DNA from: Loktanella sp.
GTDB lineage: Bacteria > Pseudomonadota > Alphaproteobacteria > Rhodobacterales > Rhodobacteraceae
Length of the DNA: 44,807 nt
Direction of reading: 5' to 3'
NCBI GenBank assembly: GCA_003551805.1
Contig: PUNR01000103.1
Location: 1-44,807 of the forward strand
Position numbers and translations under genes: made by a program. Every line of letters begins with the position of its first letter. Position 1 is the stretch's first letter. The notes beneath the pieces were generated by a model, which was not told where the DNA came from, did not search any database, and worked only from the letters and a program-made list of their open reading frames with translations. Positions 1 to 10,397 of the stretch are shown one piece after another.

Positions 1-272
1 CCGGGGGGTTTTTCCAACATCACATGACGGCCTGCAGCAATCGCGGCTGCCGCGTAATCATAGCGCGGGACAGGCGCAAGGCAGAGCGAGACCGTGTCGA
101 TGTCAGGCCGTTCCGCGAGCATTTGCGCGAAATCATTATAGGCGGGCACACCATCGACCGACCCCGCGCGGCTGACCGTCGCCGCAAGCACCCAGTCGGG
201 GCTAGCGGCGATGGCGGGCACGTGCTGGTCAACGGCGATCTTGCCGATGCCGACGAGACAGATGTTCTGCAT
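1..272 (-). CDS. Gfo/Idh/MocA family sugar dehydrogenase (galactose/arabinose 1-dehydrogenase-like), runs off the window at its 3' end
   Basis: Absent from the ORF track. Manual translation from the ATG at 272 gives MQNICLVGIGKIAVDQHVPAI...AGRHVMLEKPP, with a Rossmann GxGxxA motif and the EKP motif. The start overlaps the dehydratase stop (TGATG). Confidence 0.85.
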   Translation of the reverse strand, partial: MQNICLVGIGKIAVDQHVPAIAASPDWVLAATVSRAGSVDGVPAYNDFAQMLAERPDIDTVSLCLAPVPRYDYAAAAIAAGRHVMLEKPP

Positions 273-2029
273 CAATGCGCCTCTTTCCCGACGGCATTGC
301 CGCGATGACCGACGAGGAAATCGAAATCGGCACCGGTATCGGCCCCCATGACGCGGTCATGGTAGAGCATCGCATAACCACTTTCAGGGCGGGGGTTGGC
401 GCCTGATTTATCCGCTGACCATGCCGCCAGACGCGCCTGCAATTCATCGTCGGAGATATCCAGATGCAGGCGGCGGCCTGCGACGTCAACCTCGATCATG
501 TCGCCGTTTTGCACGATTGCGAGGGGGCCGCCCACCGCTGCCTCGGGCGAGGTGTGCAGGACCACGGTGCCGAAGGCGGTGCCGGACATGCGTGCATCCG
601 AGATGCGCACCATATCGGTGATACCCTTTTTCAGGATTTTGGGTGGCAGTCCCATGTTGCCGACCTCGGCCATGCCGGGATAGCCACGTGGGCCGCAGTT
701 TTTCAGGACCATGACGCAGGTTTCGTCGATATCCAAATCGTCGTCGTTGATGCGGGCCTTGTAGTCGTCGATGTCTTCAAACACCACGGCACGGCCACGA
801 TGCTGCATCAGCGCAGGTGTCGCAGCAGAAGGTTTCAGCACCGCGCCACCGGGGGCGAGGTTGCCGCGCAGCACAGCGATGCCGCCGGATTGCGTCAGGG
901 CTTTTTCGACGGGCAGGATCACATCCTCGTTCCAGTTGCGGACGTTCTTGACCTCGTCCCAGATGCTGGTGCCAGAGACTGTCAGCGCATCCTTGTGCAG
1001 CAATCCAGCCTCGCCCAGACGTTTGATCACGACGGGCAGGCCACCTGCGTAGAAGAATTCCTCCATCAGGTATTTGCCTGAAGGCATCAGGTTCAGGATC
1101 GTCGGCACGTCGCGGCCCAGCCTGTCCCAATCATCCAGCGTCAGGGTCACATCCTTGGTGCGCCCTGCCATTGCCAAAAGGTGGATCACCGCATTGGTGG
1201 ACCCGCCGATTGCGGCATTGGTGCGGATCGCGTTCTCGAACGCCTCTTTGGTCATGACATCGGATGGTTTCAGATCGTCCTTGACCATCTGCACGATGCG
1301 CCGTCCAGTCAGATGCGCCATCACGCGGCGGCGACTGTCGACGGCGGGGATCGCGGCATTGCCGGACAGGGCCATGCCCAACGCCTCGGCCATAGATGCC
1401 ATCGTGCTGGCGGTGCCCATCGTGTTGCACGATCCTGGCGAGCGGGACATGGATGCCTCGGCCTCCACAAATTCCTCGGCGGTCATTTCACCGGCGCGCA
1501 CGGCTTCGGAGAATTTCCACAGATGGGTGCCGGACCCGACACGTTCGCCGCGGAAATGGCCGTTCAGCATCGGCCCGCCCGATACCACGATTGCGGGCAG
1601 ATCGACCGAGGCCGCGCCCATCAACAGCGCAGGCGTCGTCTTGTCGCAACCGGCCAGCAGGACCACGCCGTCCATGGATTTGCCGCGGATCGCCTCTTCC
1701 ACATCCATCGCACACAGGTTGCGATACATCATCGCTGTAGGGCGCAGGCTGGATTCGGCGGGGGAAAAGACGGGGAATTCGACGGGGAAACCGCCCGCCT
1801 CGTAGACGCCGAATTTCACACGTTCGGCCAGATCGCGCAGATGGGCATTGCAGGGGGTCAGTTCGGACCATGTGTTGCAGATGCCGATCACGGGGCGGCC
1901 ATCCAGCAGATCAGCGGGCAGGCCCTGATTTTTCATCCAGGACCGGTGGTAAATTGCATCCTTTGACGTCCCCCCGAACCATTCCTGCGAGCGCAGTTTG
2001 CGTGGCCATGTGGCGGGTTTGAATGTCAT
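272..2029 (-). CDS. IlvD/Edd family sugar-acid dehydratase (L-arabinonate/galactonate dehydratase-like)
   Basis: Motifs NTWSELTPCNAH, GCDKTTP, CNTMGTASTM, GGSTNA and SDARMSGT. Start moved to MTFKPATW (2029) because the upstream ORF extension overlaps the divergent gene. Confidence 0.9.
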   Translation of the reverse strand: MTFKPATWPRKLRSQEWFGGTSKDAIYHRSWMKNQGLPADLLDGRPVIGICNTWSELTPCNAHLRDLAERVKFGVYEAGGFPVEFPVFSPAESSLRPTAMMYRNLCAMDVEEAIRGKSMDGVVLLAGCDKTTPALLMGAASVDLPAIVVSGGPMLNGHFRGERVGSGTHLWKFSEAVRAGEMTAEEFVEAEASMSRSPGSCNTMGTASTMASMAEALGMALSGNAAIPAVDSRRRVMAHLTGRRIVQMVKDDLKPSDVMTKEAFENAIRTNAAIGGSTNAVIHLLAMAGRTKDVTLTLDDWDRLGRDVPTILNLMPSGKYLMEEFFYAGGLPVVIKRLGEAGLLHKDALTVSGTSIWDEVKNVRNWNEDVILPVEKALTQSGGIAVLRGNLAPGGAVLKPSAATPALMQHRGRAVVFEDIDDYKARINDDDLDIDETCVMVLKNCGPRGYPGMAEVGNMGLPPKILKKGITDMVRISDARMSGTAFGTVVLHTSPEAAVGGPLAIVQNGDMIEVDVAGRRLHLDISDDELQARLAAWSADKSGANPRPESGYAMLYHDRVMGADTGADFDFLVGHRGNAVGKEAH

Positions 2030-2096
2030 GATGCTTTCCCTATGCTGATGATGACGCAGCTTTACCCCGCGTAGCCAGAAAATCCAAGGAGCCGCC

Positions 2097-2846
2097 ATGA
2101 ACCAGCACAGACAAAACATGACCCATTGGGCCGAACGTGTCGATCTGGCGGCGGCGTTTCGCTGGACTGCGCGGCTGAACCTGCATGAAGGTGTGGCAAA
2201 CCATTTCAGTCTGGCGATCAATGACGATGGCACGCGGTTTCTGATGAACCCGAACCAGATGCATTTCAGCCGGATCAAGGCCAGCGACCTGATCGAGGTG
2301 GATGCCAATGACCCCGCCACGCTGGAAGGACCGGATGCGCCTGACCCGACCGCTTGGGGTCTGCATGGCGGGATTCACCGGCTGGTACCGCATGCGCGTT
2401 GCGCGATGCATGTGCATTCGATCTTTGCCACGGTTCTGGCGTCCTTGCAGGACAGCCGCCTGCCGCCGATTGACCAGAATTGCTGCACCTTCTTTAACCG
2501 CTATGTGATCGACGACGGTTATGGTGGGCTGGCATTCGCGGATGAAGGCGCGCGCTGTGCGGCATTGTTCACGGACCCCAAGCAGAAGGTCATGATCATG
2601 GGCAACCATGGCGTGTTGATTATTGGGGCAACAGTGGCCGAGACATTCAACCGCTTGTACTACTTTGAACGCGCGGCCGAGACGTATATCCGTGCCTTGC
2701 AGACCGGACAACCATTGCGCGTGCTGCCCGACGAGGTTGCGGAAAAGACCGCGCAAGAACTGGAAGCCTATCCCGAACAGGACATCCGGCACCTGACAGA
2801 GCTGAAGGCGATCCTTGATGATGAGGGGTCTACCTATGCCGCATGA
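2097..2846 (+). CDS. Class II aldolase/adducin family protein
   Basis: Motifs NHFS, HGGIH, MHVHS and MGNHG (metal-binding His); AGGAG RBS upstream. Confidence 0.85.
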   Translation: MNQHRQNMTHWAERVDLAAAFRWTARLNLHEGVANHFSLAINDDGTRFLMNPNQMHFSRIKASDLIEVDANDPATLEGPDAPDPTAWGLHGGIHRLVPHARCAMHVHSIFATVLASLQDSRLPPIDQNCCTFFNRYVIDDGYGGLAFADEGARCAALFTDPKQKVMIMGNHGVLIIGATVAETFNRLYYFERAAETYIRALQTGQPLRVLPDEVAEKTAQELEAYPEQDIRHLTELKAILDDEGSTYAA

Positions 2847-2913
2847 CCAATATGCTGAAATAAATGTTAATTTTCTGTATAAGGGCTGATGTTTACTGAA
2901 TCTTAGTACCGAG

Positions 2914-2929
2914 TGTAAATTTATTTACA
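2914..2929. promoter_or_regulatory. Palindromic putative operator upstream of acs
   Basis: TGTAAAT-TT-ATTTACA, a perfect 7-bp inverted repeat in an AT-rich intergenic region. Confidence 0.45.
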
Positions 2930-3066
2930 TTACAATCGAACAAAATCCGTATCTTATTTGAAACTTCCAGCAATCTGTTACTTTAGCGGTCGAGGAGATG
3001 GCGCTGTGATCATGTGAATGATCCACGCCAGCGGCTGCTAAAGCCGGGGATAGAATTGGAGGATTC

Positions 3067-5031
3067 ATGACAAATACAACGACAACTGACGCTCGTTTTG
3101 CGCCTTCTGCGGACTTTGTCGCAAAGGCACACGTCACGGCAGAGCAGTATCAGACGATGTATGACGCATCGATCGCGGACCCGGAAGCTTTCTGGGGCGA
3201 GCATGGCAAGCGAATCGACTGGATCAAACCTTTCACCAAGGTCAAAACGACCAGTTTTGCGCCCGGCAATATCGACATCAAATGGTTCGAGGATGGCACG
3301 CTGAACGTCAGCGCCAATTGCATTGACCGGCATCTGGAAACACGTGGCGACCAGACTGCTATCATCTGGGAACCCGATGATCCCAAGGATGCCGCCCAGC
3401 ACATCACGTATAAGGAATTGCACCGCCGCACCTGCCGGATGGCGAATATCCTTGAAACGCTGGGGGTGCGTCGTGGCGACCGTGTCGTGATCTATCTGCC
3501 GATGATCCCCGAAGCCGCCTATGCCATGCTGGCTTGTGCGCGGATCGGTGCGGTTCATTCGATCGTTTTCGCTGGGTTTTCGCCCGATGCGCTGGGCGCG
3601 CGGATCAACGGTTGTGACGCAAAGGTCGTCATTACGGCTGACCATGCGCCGCGCGGTGGCCGGTCTACCCCGTTGAAATCCAATACGGACGCGGCCCTGC
3701 TGCATTGCAAGGACAGCGTCAAATGTCTGGTCGTGCGCCGCACTGGCGGGCAGACGACTTGGACCGAAGGTCGCGATTACGATTACAACGAAATGGCGAT
3801 GGAGGCGGATGATTACGCCGCCCCGGTCGAGGTGAATGCCGAAGACCCGCTGTTCATCCTTTACACATCAGGCTCTACCGGACAGCCCAAAGGCGTTGTG
3901 CATACATCGGGTGGCTATCTGGCCTATGCCGCGATGACCCATCAATACACGTTCGATTACCATGACGGTGACATCTTCTGGTGCACCGCCGATGTGGGCT
4001 GGGTGACCGGCCACAGCTATATTGTCTATGGCCCGTTGGCCAATGGCGCGACCACGATCATGTTCGAAGGTGTGCCGACCTACCCCGATGCAGGCCGGTT
4101 CTGGGAAGTGTGCCAGAAGCACAAGGTCAATCAGTTCTACACCGCCCCCACCGCGCTGCGCGCCTTGATGGCGCATGGCAATGATCCGGTTGAAAAATAC
4201 GACCTGTCCAGCATCAAGGTGCTTGGCACTGTCGGTGAGCCGATCAACCCCGAGGCGTGGAACTGGTACAATGACGTGATCGGCAAAGGTAAATGCCCGA
4301 TTGTCGATACATGGTGGCAGACCGAAACCGGTGGTCACCTGCTGACGCCACTGCCCGGTGCGACTGCGACCAAACCCGGATCGGCCACACTGCCGTTCTT
4401 TGGCGTGCAGCCTGTTATTCTTGACCCGCAATCGGGTGAAGAGATCACAACGACCGCCGCCGAAGGTGTGCTGTGCATCAAGGACAGCTGGCCGGGCCAG
4501 ATGCGCACCGTTTACGGCGACCACGAAAGGTTCGAGAAGACTTATTTCTCGGACTACAAGAACTACTACTTCACCGGTGATGGCTGCCGGCGCGACGAAG
4601 ACGGCTATTACTGGATCACTGGTCGCGTCGATGACGTGATCAACGTATCCGGTCACCGGATGGGCACCGCAGAGGTCGAAAGCGCATTGGTCGCGCATGT
4701 CAACGTGGCCGAGGCTGCAGTTGTCGGCTATCCGCATGCGATCAAGGGGCAGGGCATCTATGCCTATGTCACGCTGATGAACGGGGTCGAACCGTCTGAC
4801 GATCTGCGCAAGGATCTGGTGAAATGGGTCCGGTCCGAGATTGGCCCGATCGCCAGCCCCGACCTGATCCAGTGGGCGCCGGGCCTGCCTAAGACCCGTT
4901 CGGGCAAGATCATGCGCCGCATTCTGCGCAAGATTGCCGAAAACGATCACACCACTTTGGGCGATACATCCACGCTGGCTGATCCTTCGGTTGTCGACAA
5001 TCTGATCGAAAACCGGATGAACAAAGTATGA
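3067..5031 (+). CDS. acs: Acetyl-CoA synthetase (AMP-forming)
   Basis: Motifs [21 protein letters not shown] and [11 protein letters not shown] (contains the acetylation-site Lys). Confidence 0.97.
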   Translation: MTNTTTTDARFAPSADFVAKAHVTAEQYQTMYDASIADPEAFWGEHGKRIDWIKPFTKVKTTSFAPGNIDIKWFEDGTLNVSANCIDRHLETRGDQTAIIWEPDDPKDAAQHITYKELHRRTCRMANILETLGVRRGDRVVIYLPMIPEAAYAMLACARIGAVHSIVFAGFSPDALGARINGCDAKVVITADHAPRGGRSTPLKSNTDAALLHCKDSVKCLVVRRTGGQTTWTEGRDYDYNEMAMEADDYAAPVEVNAEDPLFILYTSGSTGQPKGVVHTSGGYLAYAAMTHQYTFDYHDGDIFWCTADVGWVTGHSYIVYGPLANGATTIMFEGVPTYPDAGRFWEVCQKHKVNQFYTAPTALRALMAHGNDPVEKYDLSSIKVLGTVGEPINPEAWNWYNDVIGKGKCPIVDTWWQTETGGHLLTPLPGATATKPGSATLPFFGVQPVILDPQSGEEITTTAAEGVLCIKDSWPGQMRTVYGDHERFEKTYFSDYKNYYFTGDGCRRDEDGYYWITGRVDDVINVSGHRMGTAEVESALVAHVNVAEAAVVGYPHAIKGQGIYAYVTLMNGVEPSDDLRKDLVKWVRSEIGPIASPDLIQWAPGLPKTRSGKIMRRILRKIAENDHTTLGDTSTLADPSVVDNLIENRMNKV

Positions 5032-5714
5032 GCGGGGTAGAGACCATGACGCGCCCTGCCGTATTGATCCTGCTGGGCCCTCCTGGTGCTGGCAAAGGCA
5101 CACAGGCCCGGATGTTGCAGGACCATTTCGGTCTGGTGCAGCTTTCCACTGGTGACCTGCTGCGCGCCGCTGTCGCCGCAGGCACCGAGGCCGGACGCGA
5201 GGCGAAGGCCGTGATGACCGCAGGCGGCTTGGTCAGTGACGAAATCGTGCTGGCGATCCTGAAGGATCGTCTGCAAGAACCGGACACTGCGCAGGGCGTC
5301 ATCCTTGACGGTTTCCCGCGCACGACCGTTCAGGCGCAGGCGCTTGACAAATTGTTGGCCGAAAGCGGGCAACGGATCAATGCGGCTGTGTCGCTGGATG
5401 TCGACGATGCCGAAATGGTCAACCGCATTGCAGGGCGCTTTACCTGCGGCGGGTGTGGCGAAGGGTATCACGACACGTTCAAGGCACCCGCTGTGGCCGG
5501 TGTCTGTGACAAATGTGGCAGCACCGACATGGTGCGCCGCGCCGATGACAAGGCCGAAACGGTCGGTCAACGGCTGGCGGCCTATCATGCGCAGACTGCG
5601 CCACTGATTAGCTACTACGAAGAACAAGGCAATCTGCAACGGATCGACGCCATGGGCGAGATCGGGCAGGTCGCCAAAGATCTGAGCGCGATAGTAAAGG
5701 AAGCTGTCGCGTAA
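5028..5714 (+). CDS. adk: Adenylate kinase (Zn-LID type)
   Basis: P-loop [23 protein letters not shown] and a CxxC...CxxC LID. ATGA overlap with acs; alternative start at 5046. Confidence 0.93.
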   Translation: MSGVETMTRPAVLILLGPPGAGKGTQARMLQDHFGLVQLSTGDLLRAAVAAGTEAGREAKAVMTAGGLVSDEIVLAILKDRLQEPDTAQGVILDGFPRTTVQAQALDKLLAESGQRINAAVSLDVDDAEMVNRIAGRFTCGGCGEGYHDTFKAPAVAGVCDKCGSTDMVRRADDKAETVGQRLAAYHAQTAPLISYYEEQGNLQRIDAMGEIGQVAKDLSAIVKEAVA

Positions 5715-5725
5715 CAGGGAGGGGA

Positions 5726-5753
5726 AAAGTCGCAAGGTCACCCTTGCGGCTTT
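5726..5753 (+). terminator. Intercistronic hairpin (weak terminator or mRNA stabiliser)
   Basis: AAAGTCGCAAGG-TCAC-CCTTGCGGCTTT, a 12-bp stem between adk and the DUF4212 gene. Confidence 0.5.
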
Positions 5754-5782
5754 GAAACGTCAACAAGGGAGGACGCCTGAAA

Positions 5783-6043
5783 ATGGCAGAGGAACCACAA
5801 AACAATAACGCCTATTGGGCCGCAAACGTGCGGATCATTCTCATTAGTCTTGCGATCTGGGCGACAGTATCGTTCGGCTTTGGCATCATCTTGCGGCCCG
5901 CGCTGAGCGGGATTTCTGTCGGCGGTGCCGATCTGGGATTCTGGTTCGCGCAGCAAGGCTCGATCCTAGTGTTCCTGGTGCTGATCTTTTTCTACGCCTG
6001 GCGCATGAACAAACTCGATGCTGAACACGGCGTCGAGGAATAA
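5783..6043 (+). CDS. DUF4212 small membrane protein (solute:sodium symporter small subunit)
   Basis: 86 aa with two TM helices, motif GFWFAQQGS, directly upstream of an SSS symporter. Confidence 0.88.
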   Translation: MAEEPQNNNAYWAANVRIILISLAIWATVSFGFGIILRPALSGISVGGADLGFWFAQQGSILVFLVLIFFYAWRMNKLDAEHGVEE

Positions 6044-6064
6044 GAGTTAGGGACAGGGAAACCA

Positions 6065-7882
6065 ATGGATCAGTATACACTCAACCTGCTGGTGGTCGGC
6101 GCGTCCTTTGCGCTTTACATCGGCATCGCGATTTGGGCCCGTGCGGGCTCGACCGCGGAATTTTATGCAGCCGGGCAGGGCGTTCCGCCTGTGATGAACG
6201 GCATGGCGACGGCGGCAGACTGGATGTCGGCGGCGTCTTTCATCTCGATGGCGGGGATCATCGCGCTGGCGCCTGCGGGCGGCTATGCGCAATCGTCCTT
6301 CCTGATGGGCTGGACCGGGGGCTATGTGCTTTTGGCACTGCTGCTGGCACCTTATCTGCGCAAATTCGGCAAATTCACCGTGCCGGAATTCGTCGGTGAC
6401 CGGTTCTATTCCAAAGGCGCACGGCTTGTCGCCGTGATCTGTCTGATCGTCATTTCGGTGACTTACGTGATCGGCCAGATGCGTGGTGTGGGTGTGACTT
6501 TTGCCCGCTTCCTCGAAGTATCTACGGATATGGGTCTGTATATCGGTGCGTCGATTGTTTTCATCTATGCTGTTTTCGGCGGGATGAAGGGCATCACCTA
6601 CACGCAGGTGGCGCAATATTGCGTTCTGATCGTGGCCTACACCATTCCCGCGATCTTCATCTCTTTGCAGATCACTGGCAACTTCCTGCCGCAGCTGGGT
6701 CTGTTGGGGGGCTATGCGCCAACGGGCGGTGATGTGTCATTCCTGAGCAAACTTGATCAGGTCGTGGTCGAATTGGGCTTTACCCAATATACCGCTGACA
6801 CGACATCCATGCTGAACATGGTCTTCTTCACCATGTCGCTGATGATCGGTACTGCCGGTCTGCCACACGTCATCATCCGCTTCTTCACCGTGCCAAAGGT
6901 TGCTGACGCACGTTGGTCTGCTGGTTGGGCGCTGGTTTTCATCGCATTGCTGTACACTGTGGCACCTGCCGTGGGGTCGATGGCGCGTTTGAACATCACG
7001 ACCACATTCTGGCCAAACGCCGTTGAAGGTAACGCGCTGGACGGCGAAGCCTTGTCGCTTGAAGAAATCAACACCAACCCTGAACTGGCCTGGATCAACA
7101 CCTGGGTTAACACAGGTCTGTTGGCGTTCGAGGACAAGAACGGCGATGGCATGATCCAGTACTACAACGACGCCGATCCTGAGATGCAGGCAATCGCCGC
7201 CGAACGTGGCTGGGAAGGCAACGAGCTGACACGGATCGACAACGACATGATGGTTCTGGCCAACCCAGAGATTGCAAAGCTTCCGGGCTGGGTGATTGCG
7301 CTGGTTGCGGCTGGTGGTCTGGCAGCGGCTTTGTCGACGGCAGCAGGTCTGTTGCTTGCGATTTCGTCTGCTGTGTCGCACGACCTGATCAAAGGCTCGA
7401 TCAACCCGAACATCAGCGAAAAAGGCGAATTGCTGGCTGCGCGGATTTCGATGGGCTTTGCCATTTTGCTGGCGACATGGCTTGGGCTTAACCCTCCGGG
7501 CTTTGCGGCTCAGGTGGTGGCGCTGGCCTTCGGTCTGGCAGCGGCGACGATCTTCCCTGTGCTCATGATGGGGATCTTCTCCAAGCGTGTGAACAAGGAA
7601 GGCGCGATTGTCGGGATGCTGGTGGGTCTGTTCACAACAGCCATCTACATCTTCCTGTATCTGGGTTGGTTCTTCATCCCCGGCACAGCGACTTTGGCCA
7701 ACACGCCTGACAACTGGCTGTTCGGTATTTCGCCAGCGTCCTTCGGGACCGTGGGTGCGATCCTGAACTTTGGCTCTGCCTATCTGGTATCGGCTGTGAC
7801 CAAAGCACCGCCACGTGAGATCCAGGAACTGGTTGAATCGATCCGCGTACCAAAAGGTGCGGGTGCCGCAACCGGTCACTAA
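6065..7882 (+). CDS. actP: Sodium:solute symporter, cation/acetate symporter ActP-like
   Basis: Motifs NGMATAADWMSAASF, GGMKGITYTQVAQY and GTAGLPHVIIRFFTVP; located next to acs. Confidence 0.88.
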   Translation: MDQYTLNLLVVGASFALYIGIAIWARAGSTAEFYAAGQGVPPVMNGMATAADWMSAASFISMAGIIALAPAGGYAQSSFLMGWTGGYVLLALLLAPYLRKFGKFTVPEFVGDRFYSKGARLVAVICLIVISVTYVIGQMRGVGVTFARFLEVSTDMGLYIGASIVFIYAVFGGMKGITYTQVAQYCVLIVAYTIPAIFISLQITGNFLPQLGLLGGYAPTGGDVSFLSKLDQVVVELGFTQYTADTTSMLNMVFFTMSLMIGTAGLPHVIIRFFTVPKVADARWSAGWALVFIALLYTVAPAVGSMARLNITTTFWPNAVEGNALDGEALSLEEINTNPELAWINTWVNTGLLAFEDKNGDGMIQYYNDADPEMQAIAAERGWEGNELTRIDNDMMVLANPEIAKLPGWVIALVAAGGLAAALSTAAGLLLAISSAVSHDLIKGSINPNISEKGELLAARISMGFAILLATWLGLNPPGFAAQVVALAFGLAAATIFPVLMMGIFSKRVNKEGAIVGMLVGLFTTAIYIFLYLGWFFIPGTATLANTPDNWLFGISPASFGTVGAILNFGSAYLVSAVTKAPPREIQELVESIRVPKGAGAATGH

Positions 7883-7891
7883 GACCACAGG

Positions 7892-7928
7892 GCGGGCGGT
7901 CTGCAAGGACTGCCCGCTTTCACTTTTC
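7892..7928 (+). terminator. Rho-independent terminator after actP
   Basis: GCGGGCGGTCT-GCAA-GGACTGCCCGC stem followed by TTTCACTTTT. Confidence 0.65.
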
Positions 7929-7962
7929 AAATGTCGGGCGCGCAGGTTGCCGCTGGACAAGG

Positions 7963-9807
7963 ATGCATCAGATGCCCCGATCCATGATTGATCTGCGCCG
8001 CTTTCTTTTGTCGATCCACCCCTATGACAGTCTGCCGGACGCTGATCTAGAGCGCGTCCTGACCCAATTTACCCGCCTGCCGATGCACAAGGGCGACGTG
8101 ATCTATCCGATCAACGCACCCTGCGACGGGCTTTACGTCATTCTTGATGGCGAGGTTGAAATCACCTCTGACAGCGGCGAGATCGTCTCGCAGCTGAGTT
8201 CCCGGAATTCTTTTGGTGAACGTGGTCTGATGCGTGATGGCAAGACCGGCACCAATGCCCGCGCGCTTACCGATGGTGAACTGCTGTTGCTGCCGACGGA
8301 TGCCTTTCGCGATCTGATTGCAGTGAATGCCGGTGCACACCGCTTTTTCACCCGTGGCCGGGGGCGCGAGGCCGCTGATGCGACCCGCCCCGCCACGCTG
8401 ACCGAAACCCGTGTCGATCAGCTGATGGCTGGCGATCCTGTTACCTGCACGGCAGATGACACCATCACCGACGCCGCCAAACTGATGCGCCAGCACCGGA
8501 TTTCTTGCCTGCCCGTCATGCAGGGCGCCAAACTGGCGGGGATCGTGACGCTGCACGACATCAACAACCGTGTCGTGGCCGAAGGGCTGGATACGGGCCT
8601 GCCCGTCCACCACATCATGACTGCCGATCCTGAAACGTTGCCACCGTCGGCGATCGGGTCTGATGTGTTGCATATGATGATGGAACGCCGTTTCGGGCAT
8701 GTCCCTATCGTCGATCAGGGCAAGTTGCTGGGCGTCGTCACCCAGACCAACCTGACGCGGTTTCAGGCGACAAATTCCGCATCCTTGGTGCGCGACGTCG
8801 TGCGCGCCAGCACCCCCGAGGCGATGGCCGCTGCTACAGCACGCATACCGCAGCTCCTGGTCCAGTTGGTTGGCGCGGGAAACCGGCATGAAACCGTCAC
8901 CCGCCTGATTACCGATATCGCCGACGCGATCACCCGCCGCCTGCTGGCGCTGGCCGAAGAAAAGCTTGGCCCGCCACCGGTGCCGTATCTGTGGCTGGCT
9001 TGCGGGTCGCAGGGCCGGCAGGAACAGACCGGCATCTCGGATCAGGACAATTGTCTGATGCTGGATGATGCCGCCACTGACGGCGATATGGCTTATTTTG
9101 CGGATCTGGCGAAATTCGTCAGCGACGGGTTGGATCAGGCGGGCTATTTCTATTGCCCTGGCGATATGATGGCGACCAACCCGCGCTGGTGCCAGCCCGT
9201 CCGCGTCTGGCGCAGCTATTTCCGGCGCTGGATCGACAGCCCCAGCACCGAGGCGCAGATGTTGGCATCTGTGATGTTCGATCTGCGGCCCATCGGCGGC
9301 ACGCGGTCCCTGTTCGAGGATCTGCATCGCGAGACGCTCGAATCCGCTGCGCGCAATTCGATTTTTGTGGCGCATATGGTGTCGAATTCGCTGAAACATA
9401 ACCCGCCACTGGGCCTGCTGCGGGGCTTTGCGACTTTGCGCAGCGGTGAACATAAAAACCTGATTGATATGAAAATGAACGGTGTGATTCCCGTTGTCGA
9501 TCTTGGCCGGATCTATGCGCTGCGCGGCCAGCTTGACAGCGTCAACACCCGCGCGCGGATCGCAAGCGCACACGGCGCGGGGTTAATCAGCCAGACCGGG
9601 GGGCGGGATCTGCTTGATGCGTATGACCTGATCGCCCAGACGCGGCTGGATCATCAGGCAAGGTTGATCCGCACGGGGCGCAAACCGGACAATTTCATGT
9701 CCCCGAATGTGCTGTCCGAATTTGAACGCAGCCACCTGCGCGACGCCTTTGTCGTCGTGCGCACGATGCAGTCTGCCGTGACCCAAGGGCGCGGTGTGAT
9801 TGGCTGA
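7963..9807 (+). CDS. cNMP-binding + tandem CBS + DUF294 nucleotidyltransferase-like protein
   Basis: N-terminal cNMP fold (LYVILDGEVEI...FGE), a CBS pair, the Pol-beta-type motif GSQGRQEQ..SDQDN and a C-terminal helical DUF294_C-like region. Confidence 0.88.
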   Translation: MHQMPRSMIDLRRFLLSIHPYDSLPDADLERVLTQFTRLPMHKGDVIYPINAPCDGLYVILDGEVEITSDSGEIVSQLSSRNSFGERGLMRDGKTGTNARALTDGELLLLPTDAFRDLIAVNAGAHRFFTRGRGREAADATRPATLTETRVDQLMAGDPVTCTADDTITDAAKLMRQHRISCLPVMQGAKLAGIVTLHDINNRVVAEGLDTGLPVHHIMTADPETLPPSAIGSDVLHMMMERRFGHVPIVDQGKLLGVVTQTNLTRFQATNSASLVRDVVRASTPEAMAAATARIPQLLVQLVGAGNRHETVTRLITDIADAITRRLLALAEEKLGPPPVPYLWLACGSQGRQEQTGISDQDNCLMLDDAATDGDMAYFADLAKFVSDGLDQAGYFYCPGDMMATNPRWCQPVRVWRSYFRRWIDSPSTEAQMLASVMFDLRPIGGTRSLFEDLHRETLESAARNSIFVAHMVSNSLKHNPPLGLLRGFATLRSGEHKNLIDMKMNGVIPVVDLGRIYALRGQLDSVNTRARIASAHGAGLISQTGGRDLLDAYDLIAQTRLDHQARLIRTGRKPDNFMSPNVLSEFERSHLRDAFVVVRTMQSAVTQGRGVIG

Positions 9808-9872
9808 CATCCCCGGCCCGTTGTGATCGACAGGGCGGACCAGGGACAAGACACAGACCAAGGAGACCAAGA

Positions 9873-10397
9873 ATGTATGTCGATATTATCACGATCGTCG
9901 CCGCAGGCTTTGCCGCCGCAGGCGTCGCGCTGATCCTGAACCGGCTGACAGGCCGGCGCTTGCCACGCTGGATCGTGCCCGCCTTTGCTGGCGGGGGTAT
10001 GATCCTGATGAGCCTGACCAACGAATACCGCTGGTATCCGCGCACATTGACCCTGTTACCTAGCGGGTACGAAGTCATCTCGACCGGTGATTACTCAGCG
10101 CCGTTCAGCCCCTGGACCTATGTGCTGCCCTATGTGAACCGTTTTGCGGCGGTTGATGTTGCGGGCGTCCAGCGCAATGCAAACCTGCCTGATCTGCGCT
10201 TGACGAATGTTGTGTTCTTCATGCGCTGGCAGCCTGTTCAGATGCGCACGGCTGTGTTTGACTGCGCACAAGGCCGGTCCGCGCTGATCGATGGCGATGT
10301 GGTGTTTCAGGACGATGGTTCTATCCGCGTGCCGCGCTGGGACCAGACCGGACCGGATGACCCCGCAACAGCCCTTGTCTGTCAGGAGCCTGTATAA
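9873..10397 (+). CDS. Hypothetical membrane-anchored protein
   Basis: 174 aa with two N-terminal hydrophobic segments, an AGGAG RBS and two Cys. Its stop overlaps the next start (TAATG). Confidence 0.75.
   Translation: MYVDIITIVAAGFAAAGVALILNRLTGRRLPRWIVPAFAGGGMILMSLTNEYRWYPRTLTLLPSGYEVISTGDYSAPFSPWTYVLPYVNRFAAVDVAGVQRNANLPDLRLTNVVFFMRWQPVQMRTAVFDCAQGRSALIDGDVVFQDDGSIRVPRWDQTGPDDPATALVCQEPV

Noticed and set aside
2030-2320. N-terminal extensions in the ORF track (dehydratase; also pucC-like, thuA, ubiE, dnaA, dnaN, gyrB, AbrB, trhO)
   Set aside because: The extensions overlap neighbouring genes or promoters and precede the family-typical N-termini, so starts were reassigned.
2914-2929. PpsR or NifA site upstream of acs
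   Set aside because: The spacing is N10 rather than PpsR's N12, and there is no nif or sigma54 context; kept only as an unassigned palindrome.
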